Below are positions 61,134 to 64,000 of a stretch of 64,000 nt of DNA, in pieces. Made by a program: the position numbers and the translations under genes. This DNA is from Alphaproteobacteria bacterium (GTDB lineage Bacteria > Pseudomonadota > Alphaproteobacteria > UBA828). Position 1 is the stretch's first letter. Each line of letters opens with the position of its first letter. The stretch lies in NCBI GenBank assembly GCA_963667785.2, contig CAXXMU010000002.1:768001-832000 (forward strand), given 5' to 3'. The notes below the pieces were generated by a model. The model was not told the origin of the DNA, made no database searches, and saw only the letters and a list, made by a program, of their open reading frames with translations.

Positions 61134-61994
61134 TCAGCCCTTCACCGCGCCCATGGTCATGCCCTTGATGAAGTAGCGCTGGAAGAACAGGAACACCACG
61201 AGAGTCGGCAGGCTCGCGATCAGCGACAGCGACCCCTGCACCCCCCAGGCCACCGAGTACTGCCCCTGGAGGTTCACGATTCCCAGCATGATGGTCCGCT
61301 TCTCGTCGGACTGGGTGAAGATGAGCGGCCATAGGAAGTCGTTCCAGATCCAGGTGAACTGGAGAGTCGCCAGCACCGCCAGCGCCGGCAGGCTCAGCGG
61401 CAGCGCCACCCGGGTCAGCACCTGCCACTCGTTGGCACCCTCCAGGATGGCCGCCTCGCGCAGGGCGTTCGGGACGGTGGCGAAGAAGTTGCGCATCAAG
61501 AGCGTGCAGATGGGGATGCCCATCGCGGTGTGGATGATGATGATGGGATAGAGCGTGTCGATCAGGTCCACGGCGTTGAAGAGCCGGAACAGCGGGATCA
61601 GGATCACCTGCGGCGGGAAGAACATGCCGGAGACGATGACGAGAAAGAGCAGGTTGCTGCCCCGGAAGGGCAGCTTGGCGAACACGTAGCCGGCCAGCGA
61701 GCCCAGCGCGATCGAGGCCACCGTCGCGGGCGCGGTGACGATGAACGTGTTGGCGAAGTAGCGGTGCACGGCCGGATTGGCGAGCACCTCGGCGTAGTTG
61801 CCCCAGAACAGCTCGGACGGAATCGTCCAGAGCTGGCCGAGCGCGATGTCGCGGGTGGTCTTGATCGAGGACAGCAGCACGCCGGCGGTCGGCGCCAGGA
61901 ACAGCACCGCCAGAACCGCGAGCGAGACGAAGATAACCGCCGGCCACGGGTTGAAGCGCCTGCCCGAAGCGGGGGCGATTGCTACGTCAGCCAT
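61134..61994 (-). CDS. Carbohydrate ABC transporter permease (MalG-like)
   Basis: EAA loop LREAAILEGA, WNDFLWPL and FQRYFIKG. Confidence 0.93.
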   Translation of the reverse strand: MADVAIAPASGRRFNPWPAVIFVSLAVLAVLFLAPTAGVLLSSIKTTRDIALGQLWTIPSELFWGNYAEVLANPAVHRYFANTFIVTAPATVASIALGSLAGYVFAKLPFRGSNLLFLVIVSGMFFPPQVILIPLFRLFNAVDLIDTLYPIIIIHTAMGIPICTLLMRNFFATVPNALREAAILEGANEWQVLTRVALPLSLPALAVLATLQFTWIWNDFLWPLIFTQSDEKRTIMLGIVNLQGQYSVAWGVQGSLSLIASLPTLVVFLFFQRYFIKGMTMGAVKG

Positions 61995-62868
61995 GGATCT
62001 CGTCGACCTTGCGCAACTGGCGGAAGTAGAGGCGGATGATGGTCAGCGCGATCAGGAACAGGACCACCGAGATGGCGCTGCCGTAGCCCATCAGGTACTT
62101 CTTGAACGACTCGTTGTACATGTGCATGGCCAGCGTGTCGGAGCTGTTGAAGGGCCCGCCGCCGGTCATGGTGTAGAGGATGTCGAACCCCTTGAGCGAG
62201 TTGATGACGTTGAGCGCGATCACCACCACGGTGGCGGGCGTGAGCAGGGGGATGACCACCAGGCGGATGCGCTGAAGCGTCCTGGCACCCTCGATCTCGC
62301 ACACCTCCAGCAGCTCCTCGGGGATGGTGGTGAGCCCGGCCAGGAAGATCACCATCGAGAGCCCGGTCTGCTGCCACGACCAGGCGAGGATCACCGACCA
62401 GAGCGCGCTATCCGGCTTCGCCAGCCACGCGTAGGTGAAGTTCTCGCCGGTCACCGCCTCCACAACGGTGTTCAGCAGCCCCCAGTCCGGCTGGTAGATC
62501 CACACCCAGATCTGGCCGACCACCACGGCCGAGAGGCAGATCGGCAGGTAGAAGATCGACTTGAACACCGGGCCGCCGGGGATGCGGCTGTCGATCAGCA
62601 GCGCAAGCCCGAGCCCGAGCGCGGTCGGCACGACGATCGCGGCGACGATCCAGAGCGCCGTGTTGATCGCGGCGTTGAGGAACAGCTTGTCGGTGTGGAT
62701 CTTGAGGAAGTTGTCGAAGCCGACGTAGTCGTAGTCGGGATTGAAGCCGTTCCAGTTCGTGAAGCTGTAGTAGAAGGAGCTCGCGAGCGGCCAGATCACG
62801 AACGCCGCGAACACCGCAAGCGGCAGCGCCAGCAGGATCACCCGCCAGAAACGGTTCTCCCGTTCCAT
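61987..62868 (-). CDS. Carbohydrate ABC transporter permease (MalF-like)
   Basis: YVGFDNF, FLAGLTTIPEELLE and MTGGGP. Confidence 0.93.
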   Translation of the reverse strand: MERENRFWRVILLALPLAVFAAFVIWPLASSFYYSFTNWNGFNPDYDYVGFDNFLKIHTDKLFLNAAINTALWIVAAIVVPTALGLGLALLIDSRIPGGPVFKSIFYLPICLSAVVVGQIWVWIYQPDWGLLNTVVEAVTGENFTYAWLAKPDSALWSVILAWSWQQTGLSMVIFLAGLTTIPEELLEVCEIEGARTLQRIRLVVIPLLTPATVVVIALNVINSLKGFDILYTMTGGGPFNSSDTLAMHMYNESFKKYLMGYGSAISVVLFLIALTIIRLYFRQLRKVDEIHG

Positions 62869-62895
62869 CGGTCACCGCTCATGCCGGAAAGTGAA

Positions 62896-62927
62896 CGGGC
62901 CGCCGGGATATACCGCCCGGCGGCCCG
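62896..62927 (-). terminator. Stem-loop after the substrate-binding protein gene
   Basis: 12-bp perfect stem CGGGCCGCCGGG/CCCGGCGGCCCG between the SBP and permease genes. Confidence 0.55.
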
Positions 62928-62944
62928 CCCGCACGAGACCGCGC

Positions 62945-64000
62945 CTACTCCGTGAACGCCTGGGCTGCGTCCGCGGCGACCTGCGCGAGGATGTCGTCCA
63001 CCTGGCTCGGGTCGTCCATGAAGCGGGAGAACATGGAGAGCCCGACCTCCGCCACCGGCGGCGGCGTCGCCAGGTCGTAGTTGAAGGCGAAGTTGTCGGC
63101 AGCGCCCACGACGGTGGAGACCCGCTGCATGACCACGCTGTAGTTCGCCGGGTCGACGCTGACGTTGGCGCTGAGCGCGCCGTATGCGCCGGTCCAGCTC
63201 GCCTGCACGTCGGCGCTCGACATCATGTAGCTCAGGAACGCCTCGGCGCCGGCGCGGTTCTCCCCGTCGTTGGAGACGACCAGGCCGTCCACCGGGCCCA
63301 CCACCGAGACGGGCACGCCGTCCGCGATGGACGGGAACGGGAAGAAGTCGTAGTCCGTGCCGGGCTCGAGCTCCATTCCGTTCCAATAGCCGGTGATCCA
63401 GGTGCCCATGAGCGTCATTGCCGCGTCGCCGCGCGCGACCTTGTCCGACGCGTCCGTCCACGAATCGGCGTTGGCGTTGGGCGCGAAGTAGCCCTTGTCC
63501 GCCAGGTCCTTCCACATCGCCATGGCGGCCTTGACCTCGGCGTCGTCGTAGGCCGCGGAGCCGTTCATCAGGTTCGCGCGGTAGTCGGGGCCGGCGGTGC
63601 CGAGCAGCAGGTAGTCGAACCAGAACTGGGCGGGCCAGCGGTTCTTCGAGCCGAGGGCGATGGGCGTCACGCCCTGCCCCTTCAGCGTCTCGCAGAGCGC
63701 GAGGAAGCCGTCCCAGGTCGTCGGCATCTCGCTGACGCCGGCATCCGCGAGCACCTTGGTGTTATAGAACATGCCCGCGTAGTGGTAGTTGAACGGCACC
63801 AGGTAGCGCTGGCCGTTGTACATGGTGGCGCTGTCCGCCACGGACTTCGCGACGACGTTGTCGAGGCCGTCCCTGGCCCACATCTCGTCGATGGGGTGCA
63901 GGGCTCCTGCATCGACGACGAACTGCGTCCGCGCGCCGGCCCAGTAGCTGAACACGTCGGGCAGGCTGTCGCCGGCCGCGCGCACCAGGATGTCGGTCTT
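62945..64000 (-). CDS. Carbohydrate ABC transporter substrate-binding protein (5'-truncated by the window edge)
   Basis: Frame is open to the window end. LPDVFSYWAG, MFYNTKV, PTTWD, GVTPIALG and AAMTLMGTW. Confidence 0.9.
   Translation of the reverse strand, partial: KTDILVRAAGDSLPDVFSYWAGARTQFVVDAGALHPIDEMWARDGLDNVVAKSVADSATMYNGQRYLVPFNYHYAGMFYNTKVLADAGVSEMPTTWDGFLALCETLKGQGVTPIALGSKNRWPAQFWFDYLLLGTAGPDYRANLMNGSAAYDDAEVKAAMAMWKDLADKGYFAPNANADSWTDASDKVARGDAAMTLMGTWITGYWNGMELEPGTDYDFFPFPSIADGVPVSVVGPVDGLVVSNDGENRAGAEAFLSYMMSSADVQASWTGAYGALSANVSVDPANYSVVMQRVSTVVGAADNFAFNYDLATPPPVAEVGLSMFSRFMDDPSQVDDILAQVAADAAQAFTE

Overview
High-GC bacterial chromosome segment. The gene content and order (ribF-ileS-lspA-DUF3035-mutL; hisB-DUF2628-hisH-GNAT-hisA-hisF-hisE-HIT; ispG-ctaA; glnE; ubiD) point to an Alphaproteobacterium, probably Rhodospirillales-like (inference). 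Most of the window is housekeeping, ABC transport and nitrogen-scavenging genes: nitrile hydratase, Amt, a ureohydrolase, deaminases and D-amino acid dehydrogenase. I saw no rRNA, tRNA, CRISPR, integrase or transposase. Three items stand out. (1) A ~9.6 kb accessory cluster (13.7-23.3 kb) encodes a GPP34/GOLPH3-cytochrome P450 fusion with a non-canonical I-helix, a COG2907-like flavoprotein, a LolA-like protein, a beta-barrel, an MMPL/RND transporter and a KshA/Neverland-type Rieske oxygenase; this is a candidate sterol/lipid uptake-and-remodelling system. (2) A compact unannotated transcription unit at ~36.86-37.07 kb has a promoter, a 17-nt perfect complement to the 16S rRNA 3' end acting as a hyper-Shine-Dalgarno, a 24-codon ORF, a perfect palindrome and a terminator-like hairpin. 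(3) GlnE has a second nucleotidyltransferase domain that has lost catalytic residues. Also present are an unannotated 43-aa membrane peptide, two MITE-like palindromic elements and a 10-bp-phased repeat tract. All family assignments come from motif recognition by eye; no database search was run.
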